The notes under the pieces were generated by a model. The model ran no database searches, was not told the origin of the DNA, and saw nothing but the letters and a program-made list of their open reading frames with translations. A stretch of DNA of 64,000 nt, from contig CM120642.1 in assembly GCA_051362555.1 (NCBI GenBank), forward strand, positions 16,802,001-16,866,000. Direction: 5' to 3'. Position numbers and translations under genes: made by a program. Positions 1 through 14,221 of the stretch are shown one piece after another; positions within the stretch are counted from its first letter, which is position 1; every line of letters begins with the position of its first letter. Origin of the DNA: Lingula anatina (Eukaryota > Animalia > Brachiopoda).

Positions 1-776
1 CTAATTAGTTCCATTATGAGACTGTCAACATGCCTAAGAATTAAATCTAAAGAAAAAACACTTATATACAAAAAGGCTAAAAACTTCATCAAAACTTAAC
101 TGATCAAGCTTATTTTCAAACTTGATCTGTATACTAGTTAGACTAATCACTCCTGTGAGTTGCAAGACAAAAGGCTGCTTGGTTTTCCTTAAAATGTGTT
201 ATCAGTGTTGCATATATGCTGAATAAGGGAAAAAACAGGATAACTTTTGTAAAAATAGTCCAATCAAGCCAATTTTCCAACTTGACCTTCGTATTATGAA
301 TATTCATCAGTTCTGTAAGTTTCAATCCAAAAGGAAAAAAAATTAACACTTATCTTATTATCCATGTTATAAAAATGCTGAAAAATTTGAAAAAAAAAAA
401 GAATAATTTCCATAAAAATTGCCCAATCATGCTGATTTTCAACTTTGACCTGCGTATTATGAATATTCATCAGTTTTGTAAGTTTCAAGCCAAAAGGTAA
501 AATGGTTTTCCACTTATCGTGTTATTGGCGCTGCATATATGCTGAAAAAAGTTTAAAAAAACAGCATAACTTCCCTAAAAATGGCCCGATCATGCTGAAT
601 TTCAAACTTGACCTGCTTATTATGAATATTCATCAATTCAGTAAGTTTCAAGCTGAAAGAAAAAACGGTTTTCCATTTATCGTGTTATCGGTAAAAGTGC
701 ACGGCGATGGTGGCGACAACGGCGACGACAGACGCAGGTGATGGCTATATGTACAGACACATCTATGTCTGTACAT
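1..776 (+). mobile_element. Helentron/HINE-like non-autonomous element (3' part), in a DDC intron
   Basis: Highly similar to 23665-24443. Contains ~161-bp core repeats, a CGGCGA microsatellite and the terminal hairpin TGTACAGACACATCTATGTCTGTACA. Confidence 0.7.
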
Positions 777-3700
777 AATAAAAAGGAATGACATAGAATG
801 TAAAGAACCTGTCTGATGTACTCTTGTAGTCCATTTACACCATGTAACCTAAGAACAAACCACAGCTTTAAGGAGCGAAATCTATGAGCCAGAGGAATTT
901 GCCAATGCTAGAAAAATAATAATCGATATTAAATCTGTGTAACAGCTTTTATAGTTTTTAAAATAACAATCCATGGGATTTTTCAGAAAATCAAATCAAA
1001 TATATGATTATTGGCAGCAATAATTTTTTCATTTTGTATTTTAGGATATGTATGTATCAAATACAAAAGTTCATTAAAAAGGCTTTAAAATCCAAAAATT
1101 TTAGAAATATCAGAAGAGAGGCATAACTATGACTGCATTCCCATATCCTTACTGTACTAGCAGGATTGATCTATCTCAGCGGGGTTTCTTGCAAAGCAAC
1201 ATGAACAAATTCATGGAGTAGTTTGCTGCTGTCTTTTAACCTAAATAAAAGGCACCATGCAGTGGTTTACTTTTCATCAAAGCAATCTGGGTGATGATAT
1301 GTGATTGTGCAAAACTTGTCACCAGTACAGAAATGAGCACAGTCAGTGAATAGGCAGAGAAATGTCTTTGAATATGGGCATTTTTACAATCCTGGGCTCC
1401 TTTTTTTCCCACCAAGGGTAAAAAAATGGAAATCATTATTGTGTTGAAATTAGTACTTTTCTTGAAAGTATAGACCTGAAGGGTATAAGAAATGACAATC
1501 CCGAGATAAAACCTTGTGTATGTATAAAGATATGATTATTTGAATTTTGAAAATCATTTTTTTTAATTTTCATAAGCTAAACCTTGAAGTGTGTGACTTT
1601 TATGATAATTTAAGGTATTGATCTCCAAAAAAACACTTAGTTTTACTCAGAGTATTGCTCTTTTATGTATTTGCAAAAAAAAAAAAAAAAAAAAAAAAAT
1701 GGATGAAAATATCCAAAATTTGAGGAATCAATGATATTTTGTGATTTTCCTGTTTCAGTATTAAATGTGACTCCATGAAGTTTTTGATTCTGAGATATTC
1801 TGAGGACTACTGTACTTCACTTTACTTTGCATTAGTTCTTTATGTTATGCTTCATGATTGTGTAAAATATTATTTTGCACAGACATTTGTGCTAATTGCA
1901 GTGTCATGTTAAAATAAATGTCCTTTCCTAAACATCCTTGTTTCGGAAAGGACATTTTTTAACAAGTATGATATTGTTTTAATATATATTATTGTATTTG
2001 AGTTTATAAGTTTTAGGTAAAGTCTTGGAATAACTGGGCAAAATAGGTGGAAGCTGAATTTAAATTGAAGTCTTTTTATTACATTTTGCACTTGTTTTGT
2101 CTATTCTGTACTAGTAATTCATTACTGGAATTTTATTTTATTAAATATTGATTCTAAGATATATCCCAGGTATTCTTTACTCCATTATATCTTATTTCCA
2201 GTTTCTTTTGTTACAGTTCATAGCTGTATAAAATATTATTTGACAATGTCAGATTTACCATGTTTAAAATATGTCCTTTCAGACATGTCCTTGTTTTAGA
2301 ATGGACATTTATTTAACATTTATGAAATTGCTTCAAGATCTCATAGTATGTTGGTACTGGGGAAGCAATCATTGGACAAAATATGAGTTGACTAGATTAA
2401 AATTGAACTGTTTTTATTACATTAATTGGTCATTTTGGATAGTTTTGATTCTTTTTTGAAATGTTACTCTTTTAGTATTTGATCATGACATAAAATAGAG
2501 TCTTCTACACTCCATTATACCCTATTCTACTTCCTTTTGATACAGCTCATAGCTGTATGAAATATTATTTGACAATGTCAGGTTTAAATTTAGGAATAAC
2601 ATTTAAATATGTCCTTTTAGGCATGTCCTGTGTTTATTTAACATTTACAAAATTGCTTAAATGGTATATATATTTATATTTTATAAATAATCACAGGAAG
2701 TTAATTTTAACCTGTGTCTGCCTGCAAACACCTCTGTAAACCGTGCCAGTGAACTGACTCTCGCAACTTAAACATATGTAGCCTCATAACTATTTTCGAA
2801 TACTTTTATGTACATCATAAGTAAGCAATATTAAAGTAAGGTAAGTTATATTATTCAAAATTATATTCTACATAAATTTGATGTGCTTTCCATCATCCTT
2901 TTCCTCATGAATAATAAATAGATGAGCAGACCAAAGAGTAAACAAGTGTTTTAGACAATCTGTTAAAAAATGTCCTTTCCGATACAAAGCATCCAAATTG
3001 CCTTTATTTCTATTCAAACTGATATAATCTCTTCAATTAATTGTTAATTTAACTTTGAAATACATGAACTTTGGGAAAATATGCAATGGAAGTTCTAGTA
3101 GATCCAAAGAAAAGATGCTGACTTGCAAAAATGAATTTTTTTAGTTGAGGATATATATAGAAATTTAAAAAGATGCCATTGAAGAAATGTTTTTCTATTA
3201 TTTTTATGTCATATGCATGATGCTCTAACAGTAATTTGCTCATGTCAAGTGAAACATACAGCATTAAAGACAGAATTCTCTCTATTTATAACATTGGCAA
3301 TGTAAAGGTACTTTGTTTCGGAATGGACAATTTTTAACAAGCATCTCAAAAAAGGCCTCAGTTAAATGGGTTTCTGTGTACTGGGGTTTTCTTATATAAA
3401 AATAAATATCACATGTCCTGGGCTTTAGAGAAATATATATTGTTACAGGCTAGGTGTCAACATGTTCTTTTTATGTAAGAGAAACCCAATGTTTCGGAAT
3501 GGACAAATTTAACGGAAAAACACAGTAGGGTTATTTTGCACTCCATGTCAAGCTCAAGAATCATCGCGCAGATTTCATTATTTGATACAAACAATACCAA
3601 TACATCCAAATAATGATTAGGATGGTTAATTATACCGTATGTTTTATGATATATTTTCTGAAAGTAATTTATTTTTGTTTCGGAATGGACATTTTGTTTA

Positions 3701-4695
3701 ACGGAAATACCAGCATGCCATTAAAAGACTTTTTTTCTAGGATACACCTCTCTACTTCTTTGCTTCCACCGTACTACTGAGTGTTTAATAATCCAAAAAA
3801 ATGAAATGTCAAACACTGTTTTAATTTATTTCAGATTCCCTTTTATATCATATGACCAAAACGGGGAAAATTTTTGGTCATTTTTGACTTTGGACTCGGT
3901 AGTGATATTTGGTTTCTATTTTCATTGTTTATCTACACTTACACCATTCTCTAACATAGTGATAAAATAATTCTTTGATCATATGTATGTAATTTGTAAA
4001 TTAGCAATATGTGGGAAAATCTGAAAAGTGCCTAGGATTGTAAAAATGCCCATATCTAAGTGAAAGAATCTCTGTGACTCTAGTAGAGGATTCCAAAAGT
4101 TTCCTTAATTAATTCAGATTTAATGCATGCAAGTTTCTTTATTTATTGCTAATATGTCTTTGATTAGAGTAATAAGTAAAATAGTTGAAACAACTAGTTA
4201 TAATATTTAGCTTTAAGCAAGATCCCCTTGAGATAAGAATACTTAAATGGCAGAAAAACATATAAATGACAAATATAATTGAAAAAGAAATCAAGTACTG
4301 TTTTGAAAAAATCATTTTGAGCCTCCATATAATCAAGCCATTTAAATTTATGAGCAGGAATAAGTGCAAATTTGAAAAATAAAGAAGATGGCAACCATAG
4401 GCTCTGAAATTATGGTTAGCCATTGGAAACATCATGGTAGTAACTTGAGGTTATCATGAGGTTTCTGAAAATTTAATGGTTGACCCAGGATTTTGCTGAA
4501 AAAACAACAGTGGGCAAGAGCAATTTTAATATAACATATGTAACAGTGGTGGAAAATTAGTTGGATTTGTCATGTTTCACCCGTATTTACTGTTTTTAGA
4601 AGAGAGAATGAGAACTTCCAAAGCTAAAGGGGAGGGTCAAATGCCTACATACTAGTATATAGTGCTTTTCAGTGCTCTGGATCCACCACATGTAT

Positions 4696-4699
<4 letters not shown>

Positions 4700-4740
<41 letters not shown>

Positions 4741-4762
4741 CTACTACTACTACTACTACTAT
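4700..4762. repeat. Compound microsatellite (CA)n(CTA)n
   Basis: Directly visible in the sequence. Confidence 0.95.
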
Positions 4763-4842
4763 AACTACTGTGCTTCTTAATTTACTTACCATAATGCTGA
4801 ACAAATCAAATGTCACTCTCATCAACTTGTGAGGACTGACAC

Positions 4843-4978
4843 CAGGCCCCTAGCCAGCAATTTCAAAGGGGGGGTTCTTTTTCTGAAAAAGTGGACCTTT
4901 TACTTTATAATCCCCATGTACCTAGGTCAAATTTTACCCAGAGTGGACCTTTTTCCAGCAAAAAGGGGGGTTCTTTCG

Positions 4979-5025
<47 letters not shown>

Positions 5026-5036
5026 CTACGGACCTG
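4843..5036. mobile_element. 194-bp MITE inserted in a DDC coding exon
   Basis: TIRs CAGGCCCCTAGCC / GGCTACGGACCTG, 5-bp target duplication GACAC (4838-4842 and 5037-5041), internal poly-C run. Removing the element restores FADSFSVSPHK. Confidence 0.9.
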
Positions 5037-5373
5037 GACACTAAAAGAATCTGCAAACTAAAACAATTGGAAACAATGTAAATTCTCCATGGGGCGCATG
5101 CCACTTGTACCGTTCCATTCTTGTTACACACCAGCGTCACTAATAAATCGGTATACCATAGTTATCGGTGACGGGCGGTGACATAAGACCTACCGGTCGC
5201 TAATACTTTTACCACCATATACTTTTAAAAAAGATAATTCTAAATACCGAGACCGAAAGTGTCATTTTATGTCCGCTTGTCATTCAAAAATCAATGAGAG
5301 GGAGTAACGTTAGGTGTGGGGGAGTTAAATCATATGGGGGGGGGGGGGGGGTATTTCAATTCAATTCAAGTTA

Positions 5374-5409
<36 letters not shown>

Positions 5410-7134
5410 CTTACCTGTACCCCACTGAGCAGGTATCGAAACTCGGGGCAAATGGAAGCACTGCCAGCATACGAAGCATCTATATGGAGCCACATCTGCT
5501 CTCTGCTGCACACTGGGCCAAGTTCCTCAATGATGTCAAAAGCACAGGAGAAGGCCGTTCCTAGCGTGGCACAAACCTGTTGTTTATCATAAATGAAGTA
5601 TGGTAAGTAAACGTAATGTTCAAGATGTAAATCATACAACGTTCAATACGCCATGGATTCGAAATAAATAAAGCAACAGGCTAATGCATGATTTTAATCA
5701 TTAAAATGGTGTAATAATGTTTCAAACTGTTTATCAAATGTTTACACCGATTAATAAAACACTACTGTTTCTGTTGGTGCATCACATAGCAGGGTCAATC
5801 TGCTCACACCATCTCGATCATAACGTTATTACAGAATAACTTTTAAGTATTGCAATGCGTCCACAACAATAAGCACAGACAATATATTTAACGAAGACTA
5901 TACACTTACAAAGATAGGCATCAATCCCTCTGCCTTGCTTTTTTGTACAGCATGCGCCAGTGTTTCGCCACGTAGGGATTGTTGCTCGTCAGTGGGGAGC
6001 ATGACGATCTTTACTGCTCCAAATAGGCCAGCACGTATCACTGAACTATGGGCCTACAAATACATATATAGGGGAATATAAGCTTAATTGTATTAAAAAG
6101 GCAGAAAACTGCCAAATGTACAGACAAAAAACAATATGAAAGAATTTAAATAAAATGCATTATATGCACAATAAAATACTAATTTCAAGAAAGAGAATCC
6201 AGTCAGGCTGGATGTCCAACACAACTTGAACACGGCGATAAAAAAAAAAAACTTAAAAGAAGAATGTAATTGACAATTTTGTGCAAGGTATGCAAGTGTG
6301 CCACCAACGCTAAGGAGGCAATGTGAAGCATATTTTGGAAAGAACATGGCTTTTATGCCAAGCTACCGATATAATTAATACTTTGGGGAATGTTCGTGGG
6401 TAGACTGGAGTTTAAGTCCACCTTATTTTTTTAAATTTGCTGGACCTTCTTCTAATTTCATAAAATAATTAATGAGCTATGTTTTTTTCTTGGGGAGGTT
6501 TTTAAAAGTCTGAATTAGGAAAGATTAGAGTCTTTACAGGATATTGGAGACTTGGAATGGTATATACCTGATCTGAACAGTACCCCACCATCTTTGCCAT
6601 GATGTCAGCCTCCGAAAGAGCAGGGTTTGCTTCCTTCTCTCTGAGAATGGCTTGATTCCTAGCAGCTAGCAAGCAAATCAATATGGTCCCGCTGGAGCTA
6701 CCCTACAGATGTAATTTTTTTCATTATTTTACGCGTTAAGATGGTTCAAGTTTAAGGGCATCGTTTCTTTCTTTTTTTGAACTACATGTATGGGGCATAT
6801 TATCTGGGCCGTTGGATTAGGGCCCAAAACGACGACGTTCAGTATCTTTAGGAAAGATTTACTTTTTTAAACACATTCATTACTGTCCTTTTTTTCTTAT
6901 GATAAGAGCGTATACAATACCGGTAATTATATATATCATGTGCTAAATCTTTAATTTTTCCAGAAAGTCATAAGCACCAACTAATTATAATTTCCCGTGA
7001 TTGTATGTTCACAGACCGATGTCGTGATCAGACTGTCGTAAAATTGCCTTGTAATTTAGAGTCATCTTTATGACTCGTTGTCCAACCTTTTTATTTCAAT
7101 AATATTATATACGTACAGTTTTTGTATAATGTTA

Positions 7135-7335
7135 TGACAGATAGGCAGACGAACAGACAGACAGATAGGCAGACAATTAACTTATCGTTAACAATTAACT
7201 TTTGGATCACCACCAAAATCAAGTCTATAATGAAAACTCGTCCTCAGCTTTTTCCATTATGTTGCTATCAGTCAATCAGAAGAACAGACAAATAGACTTG
7301 GGGAACCAAAAACATTACCTCTTCGGCCGAGATAA
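7135..7335 (-). mobile_element. Degenerate HINE/DINE-1-like element
   Basis: (ACAG)n microsatellite and end AAAACATTACCTCTTCGGCCGAGATAA; related to 56818-57068. Confidence 0.45.
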
Positions 7336-10300
7336 ATACAGATATAAACAATTGTTGAATGCATCAAATAAAATAAGATGACAATCAGTTTAAGAGTTTA
7401 AAGTGATATTTGGTGCACTGAGTACATCTATAATGCATTTCAGAAGCCTATATTTTACATACACAAACGGGTCACTGTCACCTCTAAGTGTATTAAGTTT
7501 CATCAAAACAATCATCTGTCGCTCAAGGTGTTTTGTCAAAAGACAATAAAATGTGATAATCAGTGTAACAGTTCCATATATGTTGTTGGCGAAACGCCAC
7601 TTAATCAATTCAGTCTAAGTTGTCTACAATTTTGCCTCAAATATCTCAAAGAGTTTTTGGACCCCAGATGACGGAAGTCTTACCTGAATGACCCCGCCCC
7701 CTTTGCCTCCAGAGCAGAATAGAAACTGCTCTGGCAAATCCAGCATCTTCCCCAACCAGTCCATCATAATCATCTCCAGCTCTGTGCATGCCGGATTGGC
7801 TGCCTGGGAAAAGAACATAAGCCCGTGTTTTCCTGTTATTAATAAGAAAATAACAAAAAGGTCTTTGCTTCACCCTGAGTTTCAGAGGGCTGGAAACTCG
7901 CCTCATTGTGCGTGCTTTCATCATGCATGGCAGGGACAAGCTGGTAACATATAGAGGTGAGTTTCAAGTCACACATGGATCTCAGACCGCTTGATTTAGA
8001 TGTCTTGAAGAGTCTCATTTCTAATGGTATCGAACAATAAATAAAATACAAGTCAGTTTCCAGCCCACCCCCCCCACCCCCACTTTTGTGAAATCTTGGG
8101 TCCTCCGGTGTACAGTAGAAAATCAGCTTACCCAGGTAAATCCAAGACCACCCATAGCATTGGAGAGCATGTCGGCACAGATGGCAGCGTAGGATCTGAC
8201 TGAAGGGAAATAGCCATGGAACTGCGGGTGATTCCAGTGCGTTGTCTAGAGTATTGTTTGATTTAGATTAGACACAAAATATATAAATCGTGCCAAAAAT
8301 ATAATATAGAGATTATTTTAACAATCATTAAAACCATCAACTTCTTAGCAGAAATGTTACAAACAATATTCTATTTCATATACAACATTTTTGTATGATT
8401 ATGATTTTGAATTGGATTTCTGTGATTTAGCTGCCTTTTTCTCAAGTGAGGAAACCGACTAAAACGAAGCAATTCAGATTCAATTAAAAACAATCCTCTT
8501 TAAACTACAACCGTTGTACACTAAACTATTGCTCATCTCTTAAAGACAGTAAAGCCAATATACTAAAAAATCAACTGTATATTTTGCCATGTGTATTTTA
8601 TATTTAGCCGCGTGGCGCATGCGCAAACGATAATTTACCTGTGTGCCTATAAGCACTTACCCCAGGCATAATAACCCGCTCTATGTCACCAATAACGTCC
8701 TCCCATGACTCAGCAGTTTCTGGGGCAGTTTCCGGAAGGAGCTGGCGCTTATATCCGGCTATGCAGGATATACTGGACATTCTGCACATTCTCTAAGTAA
8801 TCAGCCACCATGTCTACTATTTCTTTCCCACGAACACGGAATTCTGCAGCATCCATTTGGCTGTCAATTGCCTATGAAAAAATAACAAAGAGTAGCTTGC
8901 GTTTTGGTATCTATATCAGCAACAACTAAACTTTTTCAACGCTGTTTAAAAGGAAAGATCATGAAAGATGGAACATTGCGACATATGCGTTTTTCAGTCC
9001 AGGATACAACTACAAGGATTTCAGAGAGAGGCGATAAAATATGAAGCAAGAGTAGTTAATTCTGGTAACAGGTACGGCTTACACGAGTTCAATGTTAAAC
9101 TGTTTTTAAAGAGACTTAACGTCGGTCACTCGTTTGGCACGACGTTTCGGCCCTTCGCACGAGGACCTTGATTACATTTAAGAATCTATGAAGATACTCT
9201 TTTACGCGCTTACGAATAGCATCTGTTTGTGACTTCTGTAACTACTAAATACCTTGAGGAAAATTCACAATAAGTGTTCTCTTAAAACCAATGATCACAT
9301 CAACTAATGAATTGAACTTATTTCGTATACTGACCCCCATTCTAAAATTACCTGTACAAATCGCCAGTTTTCCAGAAAAACGCTAGAAAGGGGTACGCGT
9401 ACAACCTCCTTCGACAGACAATCAACTGTGAAGGCAGAGGTTAGATTATTGTAGCACAAGGGTGCGTGAAGAAATTCATTTTGGATTTTGGTTTTGGATT
9501 ACCCTCCACCACAGGGTCACAGCTTGATTTTTTGCTAGGTATTCACAGATATGTATCTGGTTAAATTGATGGCAATTCCCTGCACTGTGTCAGAAAAGTC
9601 CACATAATATAATATGAGGTCCTGGTAGGTGGTAATTTTGGCTTGGAACCGTGTTAACTGGCCTCGGTTGTCCTCAGGGAATTGAATGGCAAACATGGAA
9701 TTTCCTAAATAGCTTTCAAATAGCTTTCAATAAAGATATACACCTAACATAAATTTAAGCATAAATGATGTGGACTCTCACCACTATTTCAGCCTAATTA
9801 TACACTAAGCACTTTCTAAACGCATTCCTTTACTGTGGAGAATCATATTGATGCATTTTGATACAACCAAAATGGCTTTAACAGTCAGAAAAATAATTTC
9901 TACTAAAACTGGTTCATGGTATTGACGTACATGTATTTATGAGCTCATTACAAATGCTAGATGTTTTGCTGATTTTTTGCTGAACTCTGGTTGATTTTCC
10001 CCACAACAAGGAATAACAAAGCTGATATAATTTGATTGTTGCCACAAAACCAAAAGAATAGCAAAAATCCCTAATAACCTATTTATTTGAATGGACATAT
10101 CAGTGATATACAGGGTTTTACGCTTTCCATTATTAAGTAACAGAAATATTCAGTGTTCATCGACTAAATTAGGTTAACATAAACACTCATGTTTGCGATT
10201 TTGGAGTAAAAATTGAAAAATATGTTTCTCAAAGTTCTCCTTTACCAGAGCACCAACGAACACGGTTTCAACGCCAATTTAATGACACAATTTACTACTC

Positions 10301-13300
10301 CAAAACCCTGCCAGCAATTTTTCTAAAAAAAAATTAGTTCATACTGCATTGTTGATAAAGCAAAATACTGCCTTTGTTTCAAGAAAATCTGTAATGAGGG
10401 GCTAATAACTCCATAACAAAAATATTTAGACAAAAATGACGGCACGGAACTGTTAATTCTAGGTGCTCTATTCCAACTCATTAAAGTCTTTATTGTGGCA
10501 AGAGTTATTCCCAAATTGAAACGTTGTGCAACACTGCAAAATCGTTTCTAAAATCAAAAATTTATTTATTTACTTAACATCGTCTGGTTTTATGGAAGAA
10601 ATCGGTATGAAAGTAATTACAAAAGAGTAAATCAAGTTTAGAATATAATTTTTATTCAACTATCAAGTTAAATGATGAAAAGTTGCATTCAATTCCAATA
10701 GGATTTGCAAGTAATCATTAATGAATTACTATACGTAAATGCAATGGATTAAAAAACGGTAGTTTTACTGAAAGTTTAAATTTTCCATTCCCGTCTTTAT
10801 CATCTCACAACGAAACGCAAATAGCCCAGCAATGTACAAGATGAACAAATTTACCAAAGTAATTCATACAGAAAGAGGCACTGAAGCCAAATTTTGATGG
10901 TCAGAGGTTGGTACCAGATGCTCTCGGGCCGTGGGGAAAAACCCGTCTAAACCCTTCTTGGGGAATGCCGGGAAAGTGCCCACGCTCGGATAAGTTTTTA
11001 CAGCGCCTTACAAGCTCAAGAATATCGTCCCGTTTTAGACAGCATGGCACGACTGAATAAACTTTTGTGACTACAAACTATTCTCTATATATACTATACA
11101 AGATAAACATATTTACCAAAGTAATTCATACAGAAAGAGGCACTGAAGCCAACCCGAGACATTTACTAGAGACTTAAAACGAAACTAGTTTAAACTTTAT
11201 CCAGGGGGACAAAGCCATAAATAAAGTCGCTCAGTCCTGAAATTTCTAACGATAACATAAACAGACCATAAACAGATTCAAGTAATATGACCATAACTCG
11301 GGTATCTCAATGATTTAAACTAAACTAAGACATAACTCTGGATAAAATACCTAAAACTATAAAATTTCTAGATTTTCATTTTGCCCTGAAATCGCCACTA
11401 CCTATATGATACAAGTTGAGAATAAAGCAAGCTTGCTTCGAATTATTTCGCATCTCACATCACTGTTTGACCGTCCATGTAAGTTTCAATTTGAATTTGG
11501 TTGATCCGGAGAAAAGGTGCATATATGATGAAGTGCATTTATTTGTCAAGTATAACACTTGAGAAAATCTGAATGTTAGTAATGTGATCTCTATCTTGAG
11601 AGATGATGGCATCTCTCAAGTAGAGCAGACTGTGCAAAAAATAATGAAATATTTTCACATGTAAAATATTTCATTGCAGATTTTGCACAGGCTATCAATG
11701 TAAAATCTCTTCATGTAAAAGCGTTTACATGAAGTCAGATTTTACAAAGATGTGAGGGTTTATTAGTAAGGTTAGTGTGCAGGTTAAGACCTTCTCAAAT
11801 GCCTTACTGACAAACAACTCCACATCATCAAAAGCACAAATTTCAGAAAAGACTACTGCACTAAGATTGAAACAAAACACAGACGACCATAAGTGGTGGA
11901 AATGCGAATGTTTTTGTGAGCATAAAACTATCTGCATAGAGAATGTATACAGCAACTGGATATTCAATTAAAATCATTAACATGATGATTATTATTATAT
12001 CTGAAGAGGTAGACTTAACACATTTTTATACATAACCACGCCTCATCCTATTCAATTGGAATGCATGGAATTAAGAATGATCATTCAGACCTTCAGCCAT
12101 TGTAATAAAACATCACTTACACAAGTGAAAAACAAAACTTAGTGCAATTACACTCGACAAAAGTTTGTGACCAATGAAACCCAAATATTCTTATTATCCA
12201 AAAGCCCCAAGTCCATTACTAGTTTGTATTCCTATTATACTCTGCATATTGCTCTCCATTTCCATTGCACATTCTCTATATTTGTTGGCAGAACAAGTTG
12301 TATCCTTCAAAACCAAGACTGCTAGGACGTCCAATCATCAATGAAAAGTGGCTACAGGGGGCTCCTTGCTAGCGCTATGAAGCGTTTCACATCTCGGATA
12401 TTTGGTCTACGGTTGAAGCTGTTTGCCTTCGGGCATCAATTCTGGAAATCCCTTTTCGTAGCCTACAAATGAAATGTAATGTGTTCACTTAAAAGTTATT
12501 TCACCTTGAAATGTTACATGTTAAAATTGTTGGCTGTCCATGCTACTTTTCTTAAGGAAAGAAAAAATAATAATATATGATTGAATTATTTAATAACTAA
12601 TTTAGACACTTGGCTATTAGTTAAAGGATGCGATGTTTAGGAATGTGCTGGGCGCTTTTGCCAATTCTGTATATACAGACACTGCTCTAAGATTATTATT
12701 CTGCGAATTTTTAAGTATACACAGTCCATAATAAGAAACAATACACTAATAATAATATACAAAAAAGTTAAGAACTGCTTTTCTTAAAGTTGTCGATCCC
12801 TAAGAACTTACAAACTTATCTAGCAAGAAGATCCCTCGCTCCTGAAGAAGAAGTGTTTCATCTGGTGGTTTGGATGTTGCAATCGACATTTTTGGACACC
12901 TCCACTTTTGGTAGCCTGCAAATTTGATTAATAATTTTAAAATGTAATAAAAGCCAACAATTGCAATACGAAATGCGTTTAAAAAGTTTAATGGGTTTGA
13001 TAAAAAATAGATATCAAGAGTACTTTTGTCACAAACTCTGAAAAAACTTATCATATATTTTGACATGCCACTGGCGACCTTCACACATCTGTGACACAAT
13101 GGAGTAAGGTAAAATTTAGAGTTTTAACGACGGAAAAGGAACATTGCATTTGCTGTAACGGACCAGGAAAAACATCGATTGGGAGAGTGATTAGATTATA
13201 CAAAAAGGAAGTGACTGGAATACTAGAGGCATAAAGGAAGGAAAGTGTTTTGCTTTCCCAAATAACATGAGTTACATGTACCTTTTAAGGCTTTCCATCT

Positions 13301-13760
13301 CAGTGAAACGTCACATTCTTCTGCTGTTCTCACATACAGCCACCTTATAAACAGACCATGGCAGGACTAAATCAGGCACCAAGGACTGATCGAAATAAAC
13401 AAATGTGCCGCTCTTCTTGCACTTCTTTTGAAAACTGGGAACTAACAGGGAGTTGCCATCACCGAATTCTGTAAACAGAAACGAAAATGGAATAAATTTT
13501 AAAAACCAAATCAGTCTGCGTTCATTAAAATTGTTTGAACCAGTACATTTCTAGAATGTGTCAAATTAGTAACGTGGTTGAAAGATTTTTCTACACGTTT
13601 TCAAAAGAGCTTTAGATTTGATTAAATTTGTTTAATTAACTGTTAAATCACAATTTTAAATGACAAGGTCTTGTTAATACAAATATTAATGCAATACAGT
13701 CCATTCCTATTCAAATTTGTATTTGGACCAGTAAATCCAGATTCAGACTTCTAGATTTAA

Positions 13761-14079
13761 AGGGATAATAACTCTTCGTATGATATCTTTATTTCACAAT
13801 AAAAGCATTGTGAACAGCTCATAGAAATATAATATATTGTTTTACCACAAAAACAGCAATTATAGCTATTATTCTGATATCTAAGCTTGTCTTTAGATCA
13901 CGTGACTTCCATTGATGACTGTACTCTGTTATAATCTCTTAAGAGATTTTAACAAAAAACCAAACTTTAAAAAAAACGGACTAACTTTGAATTAAAAATG
14001 GATTCATTAACCCTTGCTAAGTATGGGAACATTGTTGTTTACTCCAGGAAAATTCATTTTTTGGCCAAAACGAAGAGTT
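13761..14079. mobile_element. Kolobok-like (TTAA-target) non-autonomous element, right end truncated
   Basis: Starts TTAA|AGGGATAATAACTCTTCG and has the internal palindrome AATCTCTTAAGAGATT; same family as 36574-36883, 58231-58493 and 61924-62207. Confidence 0.75.
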
Positions 14080-14221
14080 AGAAAAGTAGGGCGGTCAAAA
14101 CGGCCAGTAAGGTGAAAAGTTTATGGCACGGACTACAACTAAAAGTAAATCATTTTAGTACATTGCTTTCCCCAATAACACGGGTTACCTTTCAGGATTT
14201 TCCATCTCATTGAAACACCAT

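Larger units (their letters stand above)
809..8856 (-). pseudogene. DDC: Aromatic-L-amino-acid (DOPA) decarboxylase-like gene, probably a pseudogene; 3' end lies outside the window
   Basis: GT-AG exons on the minus strand: 8856-8661 ([23 protein letters not shown]...[32 protein letters not shown]; 196 nt, frameshifted), 8245-8132 (TTHWNHPQFHGYFPS...GFTW), 7803-7684 ([21 protein letters not shown]...GGGVIQ), 6702-6568, 6053-5910 (AHSSV...), 5576-5415 (VCATLGT...[11 protein letters not shown]), 5057-4790 (FADSFSV[insertion]SPHKLMRVTFD-CSALW, +1 frameshift), 1240-1153 (in-frame TAG at 1173-1171) and 907-809 ([20 protein letters not shown]). These are group II PLP-decarboxylase motifs, and the exon sizes 114/120/135/144/99 match those I recall for vertebrate DDC. 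Confidence 0.88.

Noticed and set aside
4829-5140. Poly-Pro and poly-Gly ORFs
   Set aside because: They come from the poly-C run inside the MITE.
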